From Myxococcota bacterium (lineage in GTDB: Bacteria > Myxococcota_A > UBA9160 > JAFDDA01), in contig OZ245817.1 in the NCBI GenBank assembly GCA_965228475.1, positions 1,088,001 through 1,152,000 of the forward strand: 64,000 nucleotides of DNA, read 5' to 3'. The translations under genes were made by a program, and so were the position numbers. Below are positions 9,133 to 18,778 of the stretch, in pieces. Every line of letters starts with the position of its first letter. The first letter of the stretch is position 1. Under the pieces are notes generated by a model that saw only the letters and a list, made by a program, of their open reading frames with translations, had not been told where the DNA came from and ran no database searches.

Positions 9133-10223
9133 TGGACGGCTACCGCCGACGGCCGCTCTACAGCGCGGACAACGAAGACACGCGCTCCGAACTCAAGGCA
9201 CTCGAGATCGGAGGCGACGACACGGTCGTCGCCATCGCGGCAGGAGGGGGTAGGGCTCTCAGCCTCCTGACGGCCGGTCCAAAGCGTCTCATCGCGATCG
9301 ACCGTCGCCCTGAGCAGGTCTTCAATCTGGAGCTCAAGGCCGCGGCGATGGACGCGTTCGATCTGGCCCACTTTCAGGGCTTCCTGGGCATCGCGCATGG
9401 CTTCGATCGCCTGGACCAATACCGGACTGTTCGCCCGTCTCTTTCGCGAAGCGCCCGAAGGTACTGGGACAATCGCCGTCGGCTCATCGAGGCCGGCGTC
9501 TTTTTCGCCGGCCGCACCGAAACGGCGCTCATCCGGTTCATGCAGGGCTTGAAGGCCCTCGGTCTGATGGCTTGGGCAGAGCCCTTCTTCCAGGCGACCT
9601 CGCTGGAGGCGCAGCAAGCCCTCTTGGAGGCTCGGCGCCAGCACGTAGATCAGGGCATGGTCTGGTGGAAGCTCTTCTGCCACCCCTTGGTGATCTATTC
9701 GCTCGCCCAGGACCCAAGCTTCCTCCGCTCGACGGACGAGAGCGTCGGCGCCTACCTCGTTCGGCGCGTAGTCGACTACGCATCGTCTCACCTGGTCCGA
9801 GAGTCCTACGTCCTGCGGCTCGCTTATGACTGCGGTTTGAGCCCGAACAGTCCGTTGCCACCATACCTCGAAGGCACGGGTTTCGACCAGGCGAAGAAGC
9901 ATCTCGACCGTCTCGAGGTCCAATGCGGCGACCTTCGTGACTTCGTCCCTCGCTCCCGCATCAGTAGTCGGGTCAAGTGGTCGCTCTCGGACGTGAGTTG
10001 CTGGATGACGGAAGCGCAGTTTCATGATCTTCTACGCTCCATCACAGTTGCGCTCCCGCCGGCGTCACGCTTCTGCGCCAGGAACTTCGCAGCTCGCCGC
10101 GAGATTCCGCGCGATCTTCGCCACCGCGTTCGCAGGATGGACGAGCTTTGCTCCGCTCTCAACTCGGAAGACTCCTCGGTCATCTACCGCTTCGAGTGCG
10201 CGGAGATATTTCCAGGCGCCTAG
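9129..10223 (+). CDS. DUF3419/BtaA-like SAM-dependent 3-amino-3-carboxypropyl transferase
   Basis: YSADNED..E..AL, IAAGGGRALSLL SAM loop, LELKAAA, YWD, SLSDVSCWM; ATGA overlap. Confidence 0.72.
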   Translation: MMDGYRRRPLYSADNEDTRSELKALEIGGDDTVVAIAAGGGRALSLLTAGPKRLIAIDRRPEQVFNLELKAAAMDAFDLAHFQGFLGIAHGFDRLDQYRTVRPSLSRSARRYWDNRRRLIEAGVFFAGRTETALIRFMQGLKALGLMAWAEPFFQATSLEAQQALLEARRQHVDQGMVWWKLFCHPLVIYSLAQDPSFLRSTDESVGAYLVRRVVDYASSHLVRESYVLRLAYDCGLSPNSPLPPYLEGTGFDQAKKHLDRLEVQCGDLRDFVPRSRISSRVKWSLSDVSCWMTEAQFHDLLRSITVALPPASRFCARNFAARREIPRDLRHRVRRMDELCSALNSEDSSVIYRFECAEIFPGA

Positions 10224-10295
10224 CCAGCGCCGGATTCCTTCCGTTGCCTAGGTCCAATCGAAAGGGTAAGGACCGTATCGACGGTGTAGAGGTAG

Positions 10296-11444
10296 ATGGG
10301 CTTCGCGAAGCGCCACGCCGAGGAACTCGAGTCTCGTGGTTTCGACGAGATCGAAGGTGACGTCTGCCCCGAGTGCGTCGAGGACGAATACCTCAAGGAT
10401 CTGATCAGGCATGCCGCGGACGAAGGTGTCTGCGCGTTCTGTGAGCAGCGCGGAAGCGTCACAGCTGCCGACGCGGTGGCTGGCGAGATCCTATCCGCCC
10501 TCTACTCCGAATACTGCGATCCTGTGCACGAGATGCCGGTTGATGGCGGCGAGTACGTAGAGCTTTCTCCGTTCAGATGGACGGAAGATGTTTTCGATGA
10601 AGTCTGTTCCTCTGCCTTCTCGCCCTCCGGCGATGCGTTCTACCAGGCCGTTCTCGACTCCCTTCCGAGCTAACAGTGGGTGGAGGTCTCGTGGCGGGGC
10701 GACAGCCGAATCGAGATCATGAGGGACGCGTGGTCCACCCTGTCGCTAGTCAGTCGGTTTGAGCGAAGGTATTTCTTCCATTCGGCCGAGTCTGATGAGC
10801 CCTTTGGCTGGTCGCCGATCCGGCTCCTTGAAGCGGTGGCTGCGCTTGCCGAGAGGTATGACCTGATCCGTTCATTGGGCTCGGAGACGCGGGTCTATCG
10901 AGCTAGGGAGCATGGCGCGCGCGAGGCCCCAGGCTCGGCGCCCCTGTTGGGTTCGCCGCCCACGGAGAACTCGCGTGCCAATCGCATGAGCCCCCAGGGT
11001 ATTTCCATGTTCTACGGAGCGATGGACCGACCTACGGCGCTTGCCGAAACGAGCGGCATCCGTACGACGGCGGCCTGGGTTGCTTCACAACCCCTCGAGG
11101 TGTTGGACTTGTGCCGGCTCCCGGCAGCGCCGAGCCCGTTCAACTCTTCGATCGGCCGCAACGATCGAGAAGGCATGATCTTCTTGCACGAGTTCAAGAA
11201 CGAGCTTCGGAAGCCTATCGCCAGAAACGGGCAAGAGGGAACTGAGTACGTTCCCACACAAGTCGTCACGGAGTACTTCCGACTCGCTACGCCTGCTCAG
11301 GGGATCCTCTTCCCGTCCAGCCGTTGCGACGGAGATTGTTGCGTACTCTTTCTCGGAAACCGCTCCTGCGTCAATTCCCCACGGGAAGCAGGCGATGAAA
11401 CCGACCTAGTCCTACTCCACGACTCGATCCAACGGCACGGCTAG
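10296..11444 (+). pseudogene. Zn-ribbon N-terminal domain plus RES-domain protein, interrupted by an in-frame TAA at 10671-10673
   Basis: The two ORFs share a frame (AGC TAA CAG TGG GTG); CPEC/CAFC at the N-terminus; RES motifs VYRAR, NRMSP.GISMFYGA, ALAE, YVPTQ, FPSSR. Confidence 0.75.
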
Positions 11445-11489
11445 GTCCCAGGGGCTCTCACAGCCTCTTTCGCCGGCGTCTCGGGGCAA

Positions 11490-12305
11490 TCACTTCTCTG
11501 GACCGGGCAGTTCTGGTTGAAAGCGGCTCAGCGCACGTAGTCGACCGACGGCTGCCGAAGCGAGGTACTGGGCAAGCTCGCGAGACTCTGATGTCTCATC
11601 TGGGTATAGGTTCGACAGACGCTTCTCCGGCGGTTGAATGAATGTGATGAGCAGGCAGTGGAGATCGAGGACCGAGATCAAGCGCGAAAAGTTGTAGCGC
11701 GTTCCGTAGTCCTGGGCGTCTGCGATTCCATGAAGGATCGAGTGCCGATTCAGGCTCTCGCCTTCGGGTAGCCGATCCGAGTCTCTCCAGAACCTCTCCT
11801 CAAAGAACCGACGATAGCTGGCAATGACGAGCTCCACTTCCTCCCTGGCCGCTGGGTGCGTTGCCTCTGCGGATCGAGAACCCACGTCGTCGAGCACGTT
11901 CCGCAGTAGTGTCGCGGCTCTTCGTGGCACCGGGATCTGCTGGTCTCTTGCGATCGCGCGAGCGACACCTTCGACCACGGGAGCCAAGCCGGTCGTGGCA
12001 ACGCCCAAGAACCCATAGCTCGCCGCCTCGATGCACTCCCAGATCGTCGGAGCGAACTCCCGAACGAACGGCCACTCGCGGTACCGGTACAGGTACATGA
12101 CGGCTAGAGCACGCGGAGGATACAGGCCACAGACGCCGTCCCGTACGATCTCGGACCTCTCGTAGCGAGGTGCGGCCTCGATCTTTTCAGCGAGCTCGAA
12201 GACAGCTCGGCCTATGACGTAGGCCGGCAGGAACCAGCCGTGCTCGTTGAAAAGGGTGGCAGCGCGGCGCCATTTGTCGATAGCGGGCTCTCGGTGCTTC
12301 TTCAC
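11490..12305 (-). CDS. Hypothetical protein with HEPN-like RxxxxH motif
   Basis: 271 aa, helical-looking, LNRHSILHG near the C-terminus. Confidence 0.55.
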   Translation of the reverse strand: MKKHREPAIDKWRRAATLFNEHGWFLPAYVIGRAVFELAEKIEAAPRYERSEIVRDGVCGLYPPRALAVMYLYRYREWPFVREFAPTIWECIEAASYGFLGVATTGLAPVVEGVARAIARDQQIPVPRRAATLLRNVLDDVGSRSAEATHPAAREEVELVIASYRRFFEERFWRDSDRLPEGESLNRHSILHGIADAQDYGTRYNFSRLISVLDLHCLLITFIQPPEKRLSNLYPDETSESRELAQYLASAAVGRLRALSRFQPELPGPEK

Positions 12306-12549
12306 CCGAGAGGCGCTCCGAGCCTGATCGTGACCGTCATCCGACCACGATCACACACAGCTCGGGTCGTCCGCTACAGCGGCTGGCGTGGTTCCCGCTG
12401 GTTCTCTCGCGCCTACCAGAACCTTTCGGATCTCTCTTCGCAGCGGCGCTCCCAGACTTCATCGTGGCTACTCAATCACCCGGTACTTTCGGGCAGTTAG
12501 CCCACGTCGACGGTCGCCAAGGCCCAGCATCTCTTTGGCCCGACCCCGA

Positions 12550-12565
12550 TGGCACGGTCATTGCT
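12550..12565 (+). promoter_or_regulatory. Sigma-54 (-24/-12) promoter of the trb operon
   Basis: TGGCACGGTCATTGCT, full consensus GG-N10-GC, ending 17 nt before the trbB ATG. Confidence 0.8.
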
Positions 12566-12582
12566 CTAGCCCGGGGCTGCCC

Positions 12583-13563
12583 ATGAGCCCCTCCTCCACC
12601 GACCTCCACGGGCAACGCGATAGGCGTCTGCGCGACAAGCTGCGGCGAGAGCTCGGCGGCGACGTGCTCGCTGCGCTTGCTGACTCGGCCGTGGTCGAGA
12701 TCATGCTGAACGCGGACGGCGACCTGTGGGTGGAGCGGCTGGTCTCTGGTGTCGCCCGGCTCGAGCGGAGCATGAGCCACTCTCAGGCCGAGAACCTCCT
12801 CGGCACCGTCGCCGCCATCGCTGACACCGAGATCAACGAGTCGAGTCCGCTGCTCGAGGTCGAGCTGCCGTTCGATGGCAGTCGCTTCCACGGGGTCGTG
12901 CCTCCGATCTCTGCCGGCCCCGTCTTCGCGATCCGGAAGCGCGCGATCCGCGTCCACACGCTCGACGAATATGTGGGGCAGGGGGTCATGCTGGCTTGGG
13001 AGCGTGACGCGCTCTGCGATGCGCTGGAGCGTCGAGAGAACATCGTCATCTGTGGGGGCACTGGATCTGGGAAGACGACGCTCGCGAACGCGCTGCTTCG
13101 CGAGGCGGTCGACCTGGCCGGGCCCAGCGAGCGGTTCGTGATTCTCGAGGACACGGTCGAGCTCCAGTGCTCGGCCGCCAACCATATCCAGCTCAGGACG
13201 ACGGACGACGTCGACCTGACGCGCCTGGTTCGGGCCACGATGCGGCTGCGGCCCGACCGCATCGTCATCGGGGAGATACGGGGGAGGGAGGCCCTCGCGC
13301 TGCTCAAGGCGTGGAATACCGGCCATCCGGGGGGGATGACCACGGTCCATGCAAACAGCGCGGGGGCAGCCCTCTCCCGAATCGATCAGCTCGTGCAGGA
13401 GGCCGGTGTCCCGACCCAGCCGGAGCTGATCGCCGACTCGGTGGACCTGATTGTTTCGATCACTCGCAAGAACGGTGGGCGCCGGGTGGACGAGCTCCTC
13501 CGCGTGGAGGGCTACGAACCCGGCCAAGGCTACTGCCTGTCGCGCGTTGACGCGGGAGGCTGA
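12583..13563 (+). CDS. trbB: P-type conjugative ATPase TrbB (VirB11)
   Basis: VVEIMLNADG, GGTGSGKTT, ILEDTVEL, RLRPDRIVIGE, WNTGHPGG. Confidence 0.95.
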   Translation: MSPSSTDLHGQRDRRLRDKLRRELGGDVLAALADSAVVEIMLNADGDLWVERLVSGVARLERSMSHSQAENLLGTVAAIADTEINESSPLLEVELPFDGSRFHGVVPPISAGPVFAIRKRAIRVHTLDEYVGQGVMLAWERDALCDALERRENIVICGGTGSGKTTLANALLREAVDLAGPSERFVILEDTVELQCSAANHIQLRTTDDVDLTRLVRATMRLRPDRIVIGEIRGREALALLKAWNTGHPGGMTTVHANSAGAALSRIDQLVQEAGVPTQPELIADSVDLIVSITRKNGGRRVDELLRVEGYEPGQGYCLSRVDAGG

Positions 13564-13573
13564 GGAGGCAGAG

Positions 13574-13939
13574 ATGAACGCAGGCAAGGTGATGGCGGCT
13601 CGTTCCCGAGGGCGGGCCGGTCGGTGGGGCAGGGCGCTCGTGACGGCGGGGGCGCTGGGAGGCCTGGCGCTCCTGGTGGCACCGGAGGTCGCCCATGCGA
13701 CGCCCTCGGGGCCGTCGATGCCTTGGGACGCGCCGCTCCAGACGCTCCTCGACAACCTCCAAGGGACGGTGGCGCGGATCCTCGTCACCGTGGCGGTGGT
13801 CATCACGGGCCTCCTGTTCGCGTTCGGCGAGTCGGGCGGCGCCTTCCGGCGGGTCTTCGGGATCGCGTTCGGGGCGGCCATCGCTCTGGGCTCGCTGACC
13901 GTCCTCTCGAGCCTCGGGTTCGTGGGAGCGACCTTCTGA
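13574..13939 (+). CDS. trbC: Pilin TrbC (VirB2)
   Basis: Signal ending AHA, MPWDAPLQ..L..LQG.VA, two TM segments; GAGGAG RBS. Confidence 0.9.
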   Translation: MNAGKVMAARSRGRAGRWGRALVTAGALGGLALLVAPEVAHATPSGPSMPWDAPLQTLLDNLQGTVARILVTVAVVITGLLFAFGESGGAFRRVFGIAFGAAIALGSLTVLSSLGFVGATF

Positions 13940-14292
13940 TGGAGCCGGGGACCACGCGAGGGGCCGATGTCGATCGTCCCAGGATCGTTCCGATTCACAG
14001 AGCACTGACACGCCCGGTCCTGCTTGCTGGAGCGGATCGGGAGCTCGTCCTCGCCAACGGCGTGGTGGTGATCGCTCTGCTCTTCGGGATCGGCTTCTCG
14101 TGGTACACGGCCTCGGTCTCGGCGGTCCTGCTGATCGTGGGGCACTGGGGCCTCGTGCTCCTCGCGAAGCGCGACGCGGAAATCCGGCGGGTGTACGTGC
14201 GCCACGTTCGCTTGGCGACGTACTACCCGGCCGCGGCGCGCTGCGTCCGAACCGCTCCGCTCGTCCACGCCTCCGTGACGGTCTCGGAGTAG
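13939..14292 (+). CDS. trbD: TrbD (VirB3)
   Basis: PIHRALTRPVLLAGADRE motif; coupled to trbC. Confidence 0.9.
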   Translation: MEPGTTRGADVDRPRIVPIHRALTRPVLLAGADRELVLANGVVVIALLFGIGFSWYTASVSAVLLIVGHWGLVLLAKRDAEIRRVYVRHVRLATYYPAAARCVRTAPLVHASVTVSE

Positions 14293-14296
14293 CGGC

Positions 14297-16729
14297 GTGC
14301 TTCGCGAGCATCGTGCGCAGGCGCTCGGGCTGCCGGACCTCCTGAACTTCGCCGCCCTGGTCGAGGAGGGCATCGTCCTCAACAAGGACGGCGCCCTCCT
14401 CACGGGCTGGTGGTACGCGGGGCCGGACATGGAGGCGGCCAGCCACGAGGAGATGGCGGTCCTCTCCTCGCAGGTGAACGGCGCCCTGGCCCGGCTTGGC
14501 AACGGCTGGATGCTCCAGGCCGATGCCATCCGGAAGCCGGCAGGAGCCTATCCGCCGCAAGGTGCCTTTGCGGATCCGACGACAGCCCTGATCGATGAAG
14601 AGCGCCGCCGGCAGTACCTGGCCGGAAGGAGCACCTACGAGAGCGTCTATGCGCTCACCGCGACCTACCTGCCGCCGCGCGACGTCCAAGCGCGGCTCGG
14701 CGGCTGGTTCGTCGAAGGGGAGGCGGAGGACGCGGGTGGATACGAGACCATCCTGCGCTCCTACCAGCGTCAGGTGGTGGAGCTCGAGGACGCCCTCTCC
14801 GACCGGCTCTCGATCAGCCGGATGGACTCTGAAGATCTCCTGAGCTTCCTCCACCTCTGCGTCACGGGCCGGGCGCAGCCCGTGCGAATCCCGCCCACCC
14901 CGATGTACCTGGACGCCCTGCTTGGAAGCCAGGATCTCGTCGGCGGGTTCCGCCCGCGCGTGGGCGACCGACACGTGCGGCCGATCGCCGTCGTGGGATT
15001 CCCTGCGGACTCGTTCCCCGGAATCCTGGACTTCCTCAACCGCCTTCCCGTCGAGTACCGCTGGTCGAACCGCTTCATCCCCCTCGATCCCGACACGGCG
15101 GAGGCTCGCCTCCGGATCGTCCGCCGCAACTGGTTCCAGAAGCGCCAGGGTCTCTCCGGCCTGGTGAAGCAGGCACTGAACATGGGGGAGTCGACCTTCG
15201 GCAATCGCGATGCCGTTGCGATGGCGGAGGACGCGGACGACGCCGTGGAGGAGGCGTCTTCCGGAACCGTCCGGTTTGGCTACTACACGAGCGTCATCGT
15301 CCTTCTCGACGACGAACTCGAAGCCCTGGACGCCGCGTCGCGCCAGGTCTGCCGCAGCCTCCAACACCACGGCTTCGCAGCGCGCGTGGAAGAAGTGAAC
15401 GCGCTCGAGGCGTACCTGGGCTCCATCCCCGGGCACGGCCATCGGAACGTCCGGCGTCCGCTGATCCACACGCTGAATTTCGCCGACCTCATCCCGACGA
15501 CGAGCGTCTGGCCGGGCCTCGACGAGAACCCGAGCCCCTACTATCCAGCGGGCAGCCCGGCGCTCCTCTACGCGAACACCTCCGGCTCGACGCCGTTCCG
15601 TCTGAACCTCCACGTCTCGGACGTGGGGCACACGCTCGTCCTCGGCCCCACCGGCTCCGGCAAGTCGACCCTGCTCGGTCTCCTGATGGCCCAGTTCTTC
15701 CGGTATCCGGGCGCCCAGGTCTTCGCCTTCGACAAGGGCTACAGCAGCCTCGTCCTCGCGAAGGCTGCCGGCGGCGATCACTACGACGTGGCCAGCGGTG
15801 AGAGCGAGGATCTGGCCTTCTGTCCGCTCTCCGGTGTCGATCGCGCGGAAGAGAGGCTCTGGGCAGCCGGCTGGGTGGAGATCCTGCTCGGGCTCCAGGA
15901 CGTGGCGGTGACGCCCGCTCACCGCCAGGCGATCCAGGCAGCGCTCGAGCGTCTCGGCACCAGTGAGAGCCGCACACTCACCGACTTCGTCAACACGGTG
16001 CAGGACCGGCTGATCCGGGAGGGCCTCCGCCACTACACGCTCCAGGGCGCGATGGGTCGCCTTCTCGACGCCGAGGAAGACGGGCTCCGGAACGGCAGCT
16101 TCCAGGTCTTCGAGATGGAGCACCTGATGAACACGGGCGACGTCAACGCGGTGCCCGTGCTCGCCTACCTGTTCCACCGCATCGAGCAGCGCCTGACGGG
16201 CCGGCCCACGCTGATCGTGATCGACGAGGCCTGGCTGATGCTCACGCACGGTGTCTTCGCCGAGAAGCTGGAGGAGTGGCTCCGGGTCCTCCGCAAGGCG
16301 AACGCCGCCGTCGTCTTCGTGACGCAGAGCCTGGCCGAGGTCTTCCGCTCTACTCGCCGGGACCTCCTGCTCGAGTCGTGCCCAACGAGGCTCTTCCTGC
16401 CGAACCCGGGCGCCCACAGCGAGCAAACCAGCGAGCTCTACCGGCGGATCGGCCTGAGCCAGCAAGAGATCGAGATCGTCGCAGGGGCCGTCCCCAAGCG
16501 GCACTACTACTACGCCTCTCCCCTCGGCCGCCGGCTCCTCGACCTCGGCCTCGGCCCGCTCGCGTTGAGCTTCGTCGGCGCGTCCGGCCGCGAGGACCTC
16601 GAACTCTGCCGCGGCCTCATCGAAGACAACCCGGGCGACTGGCCGGCGGAGTGGCTCCGCTGCCGTGGCCTGGGGGACTGGGCCGATGGATGGCGCGCCC
16701 TGAAGGAGAACCAGCATGCTTCGACCTAG
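14297..16729 (+). CDS. trbE: TrbE (VirB4) ATPase
   Basis: LPDLLNFA, NKDGA, GHTLVLGPTGSGKS, IDEAW, WLRVLRKAN. Confidence 0.95.
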   Translation: MLREHRAQALGLPDLLNFAALVEEGIVLNKDGALLTGWWYAGPDMEAASHEEMAVLSSQVNGALARLGNGWMLQADAIRKPAGAYPPQGAFADPTTALIDEERRRQYLAGRSTYESVYALTATYLPPRDVQARLGGWFVEGEAEDAGGYETILRSYQRQVVELEDALSDRLSISRMDSEDLLSFLHLCVTGRAQPVRIPPTPMYLDALLGSQDLVGGFRPRVGDRHVRPIAVVGFPADSFPGILDFLNRLPVEYRWSNRFIPLDPDTAEARLRIVRRNWFQKRQGLSGLVKQALNMGESTFGNRDAVAMAEDADDAVEEASSGTVRFGYYTSVIVLLDDELEALDAASRQVCRSLQHHGFAARVEEVNALEAYLGSIPGHGHRNVRRPLIHTLNFADLIPTTSVWPGLDENPSPYYPAGSPALLYANTSGSTPFRLNLHVSDVGHTLVLGPTGSGKSTLLGLLMAQFFRYPGAQVFAFDKGYSSLVLAKAAGGDHYDVASGESEDLAFCPLSGVDRAEERLWAAGWVEILLGLQDVAVTPAHRQAIQAALERLGTSESRTLTDFVNTVQDRLIREGLRHYTLQGAMGRLLDAEEDGLRNGSFQVFEMEHLMNTGDVNAVPVLAYLFHRIEQRLTGRPTLIVIDEAWLMLTHGVFAEKLEEWLRVLRKANAAVVFVTQSLAEVFRSTRRDLLLESCPTRLFLPNPGAHSEQTSELYRRIGLSQQEIEIVAGAVPKRHYYYASPLGRRLLDLGLGPLALSFVGASGREDLELCRGLIEDNPGDWPAEWLRCRGLGDWADGWRALKENQHAST

Positions 16730-17519
16730 CCGAACGACCTGGAGCGCGGGCCTCGCTCTCGTCGCCTTGGGCGGCGTCCTTCTTCTCGGCCCTCGCACTT
16801 CCCATGGTCAGCTGGTCGTGCTCGACCCGACCAATCTCGTCCACAACATCACGACTGCCATCCAGCAGACCCTGAGCGTCGCCCAGGAAGTGCAGATGGT
16901 GGCGAACCAGGGCACCCAGATCGTTCAGCAGGTCCGCCAGCTCGAGAACGAGCTGCAGATGCTCCAGAACATGCTGGTGAACACGACGCCTGCAGGCACC
17001 GTTGCCTGGGCCGACGTGCAGACGGCCCTCGGCAGCCTCGGCCAGGCGATGCAGATCGGCCTCTCCATTCCCTACACGCTCGGGAATGTTGCCACCGTCT
17101 TCGAGAGCCGCTTCCCGGGCTACGTGCCCCCGGCCGATTGGACGGCGGCGTACGACTCCTGGGCGACCAGCGTCCTCGACACGCTGCGCGGAACCCTCGC
17201 CGCGGCAGGCGAGAACGTTGCCGACGCGCCGAGCGTTCAGGCGGCACTCGACCGCCTTCGCCTGGCAAACGACGGCGCCCAGGGCCGACTCGAAGCCCTC
17301 CAGGTCGGCAACCAGATCGCGAGTCTCCAGGTCGAGGAGATCGGAAAGCTCCGCCAGCTCTTCGCGGCGCAGATCAGCGCGCAGAATGCCTACCTCGGTG
17401 CCCAGGAAGCCAAGGCTGCGGGATCGGCGGCGGCGTTCGACGCCTGGTTGGGCAACGCGCCCTCCATGATCCCGGTCTCCCGACCCAGCGAAGGTCTCGC
17501 GACCGTACCGCGCCCGTAG
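16716..17519 (+). CDS. trbJ: TrbJ (VirB5-like)
   Basis: Signal peptide, VLDPTN, Q-rich coiled coil, GRLEALQVGNQ; position after trbE. Confidence 0.85.
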   Translation: MLRPSRTTWSAGLALVALGGVLLLGPRTSHGQLVVLDPTNLVHNITTAIQQTLSVAQEVQMVANQGTQIVQQVRQLENELQMLQNMLVNTTPAGTVAWADVQTALGSLGQAMQIGLSIPYTLGNVATVFESRFPGYVPPADWTAAYDSWATSVLDTLRGTLAAAGENVADAPSVQAALDRLRLANDGAQGRLEALQVGNQIASLQVEEIGKLRQLFAAQISAQNAYLGAQEAKAAGSAAAFDAWLGNAPSMIPVSRPSEGLATVPRP

Positions 17520-17539
17520 GGCAGGGTGAGCGCCCTTCG

Positions 17540-18763
17540 ATGACCACGATCCTCACGGACCTCGTCAACGCCTTCCAAGCCGCCACCGCCGGCTGGTTCG
17601 GGGTCCTGTTTCCGATCGCGCGGAACCTGTTCTTCACGCTCGCCACGATCGAAATCGTGTGGGCGGCCTCCTGGTGGGTGATCGAGCGCGACGACCCGAC
17701 GCAGATCTTCGTCCAGTTCCTGAAGCGGATCATGGCGATCGGCTTCTTCCTGGCCGTCCTGACGTTCGCCGACGTCTGGATCCCGGCGATCATCGACGGC
17801 TTCGCCACGGCCGGGCGGACCGCTGGCGGGCTCCCGGAGCTGAACCCCAGCACCGTGATCGACCAGGGCATTGCGGTGGCGTCCACGCTGATTTCGAGCA
17901 TCAGCGTAGCCGGCTGGTTCACCTCGCCGGGCGGGAACTTCGTTGCCGCCATCGCGGCGCTCCTGACGTTCCTGGCATTCGTGGTCATCGCAGGCCAGCT
18001 GGCCCTGGCCCTGATCGAGATGTACGTGGTGATCGGCGGAGGCGTGCTGCTTCTCGGCTTCGCAGGCTCGCGCTGGACGATCCCCTTCGCCGAGCGCTAC
18101 CTGAGCTACGCCGTCGCCATCGGGATCAAGCTCTTCGTCCTCTACCTGATCATCGGGGTCGGGACTGCGCTCGCGGCGTCCTGGCAGCCGACCCTGGCCG
18201 GCGCGGGCAGCTCGCCCTCGGATCTCTTCGCGATCCTGGGCGCTGCGCTCGTCTACATGATCGTGGCGTGGCAGATCCCGTCCTTCGCGTCGGCGCTGAT
18301 TGCCGGTTCGGTCAACCTGACGCTCGGGACCGCGATCTACACCGGTGGATCCATGGCCGCCGTGGCGCTCGGCGTGAAGGGCCTTGCCGCGCGCGCCGCT
18401 GCATCCGGAGCGCGCGGGTCGACGGCGATGCTCGAGGCGGGCCGCTACGCCCGCGCCGCCCATGCGGCGGGCGCCTCTGGAGCAGTCGGCTCCCTTGCGG
18501 GGGGCTTCTCAGCCCTGGCGACCGAGGCCGTGGCAGCCCGAGCCCGCCGCGTCGCCGGCCTCCCGGCCGGACGCACGGCCGATGCCCTGCGCGAGCGCCG
18601 GATCGCCCGTTTCGGGGATCCCCGCGACGCCGCTTCGCCGGCCCGCCTTCCCGCTCCGCGCCCGGGCGCCGGCTCGCGCGGCGCCGGCGCTTCGCGTTCC
18701 ACCCAAACGCCGCCTTCGCCCCGTTCCGGCCCGACCGGAAGCGGGGATCGCCGGCAGAGCTGA
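17540..18763 (+). CDS. trbL: TrbL (VirB6)
   Basis: Polytopic membrane protein, LGFAGSRWT..AERY; Ala/Gly-rich tail. Confidence 0.9.
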   Translation: MTTILTDLVNAFQAATAGWFGVLFPIARNLFFTLATIEIVWAASWWVIERDDPTQIFVQFLKRIMAIGFFLAVLTFADVWIPAIIDGFATAGRTAGGLPELNPSTVIDQGIAVASTLISSISVAGWFTSPGGNFVAAIAALLTFLAFVVIAGQLALALIEMYVVIGGGVLLLGFAGSRWTIPFAERYLSYAVAIGIKLFVLYLIIGVGTALAASWQPTLAGAGSSPSDLFAILGAALVYMIVAWQIPSFASALIAGSVNLTLGTAIYTGGSMAAVALGVKGLAARAAASGARGSTAMLEAGRYARAAHAAGASGAVGSLAGGFSALATEAVAARARRVAGLPAGRTADALRERRIARFGDPRDAASPARLPAPRPGAGSRGAGASRSTQTPPSPRSGPTGSGDRRQS

Positions 18764-18778
18764 GGAGGTCCTCGACCG

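Noticed and set aside
13460..16798. 1112-aa minus-strand ORF
   Set aside because: Antisense shadow of trbC-trbE in high-GC DNA; no motifs
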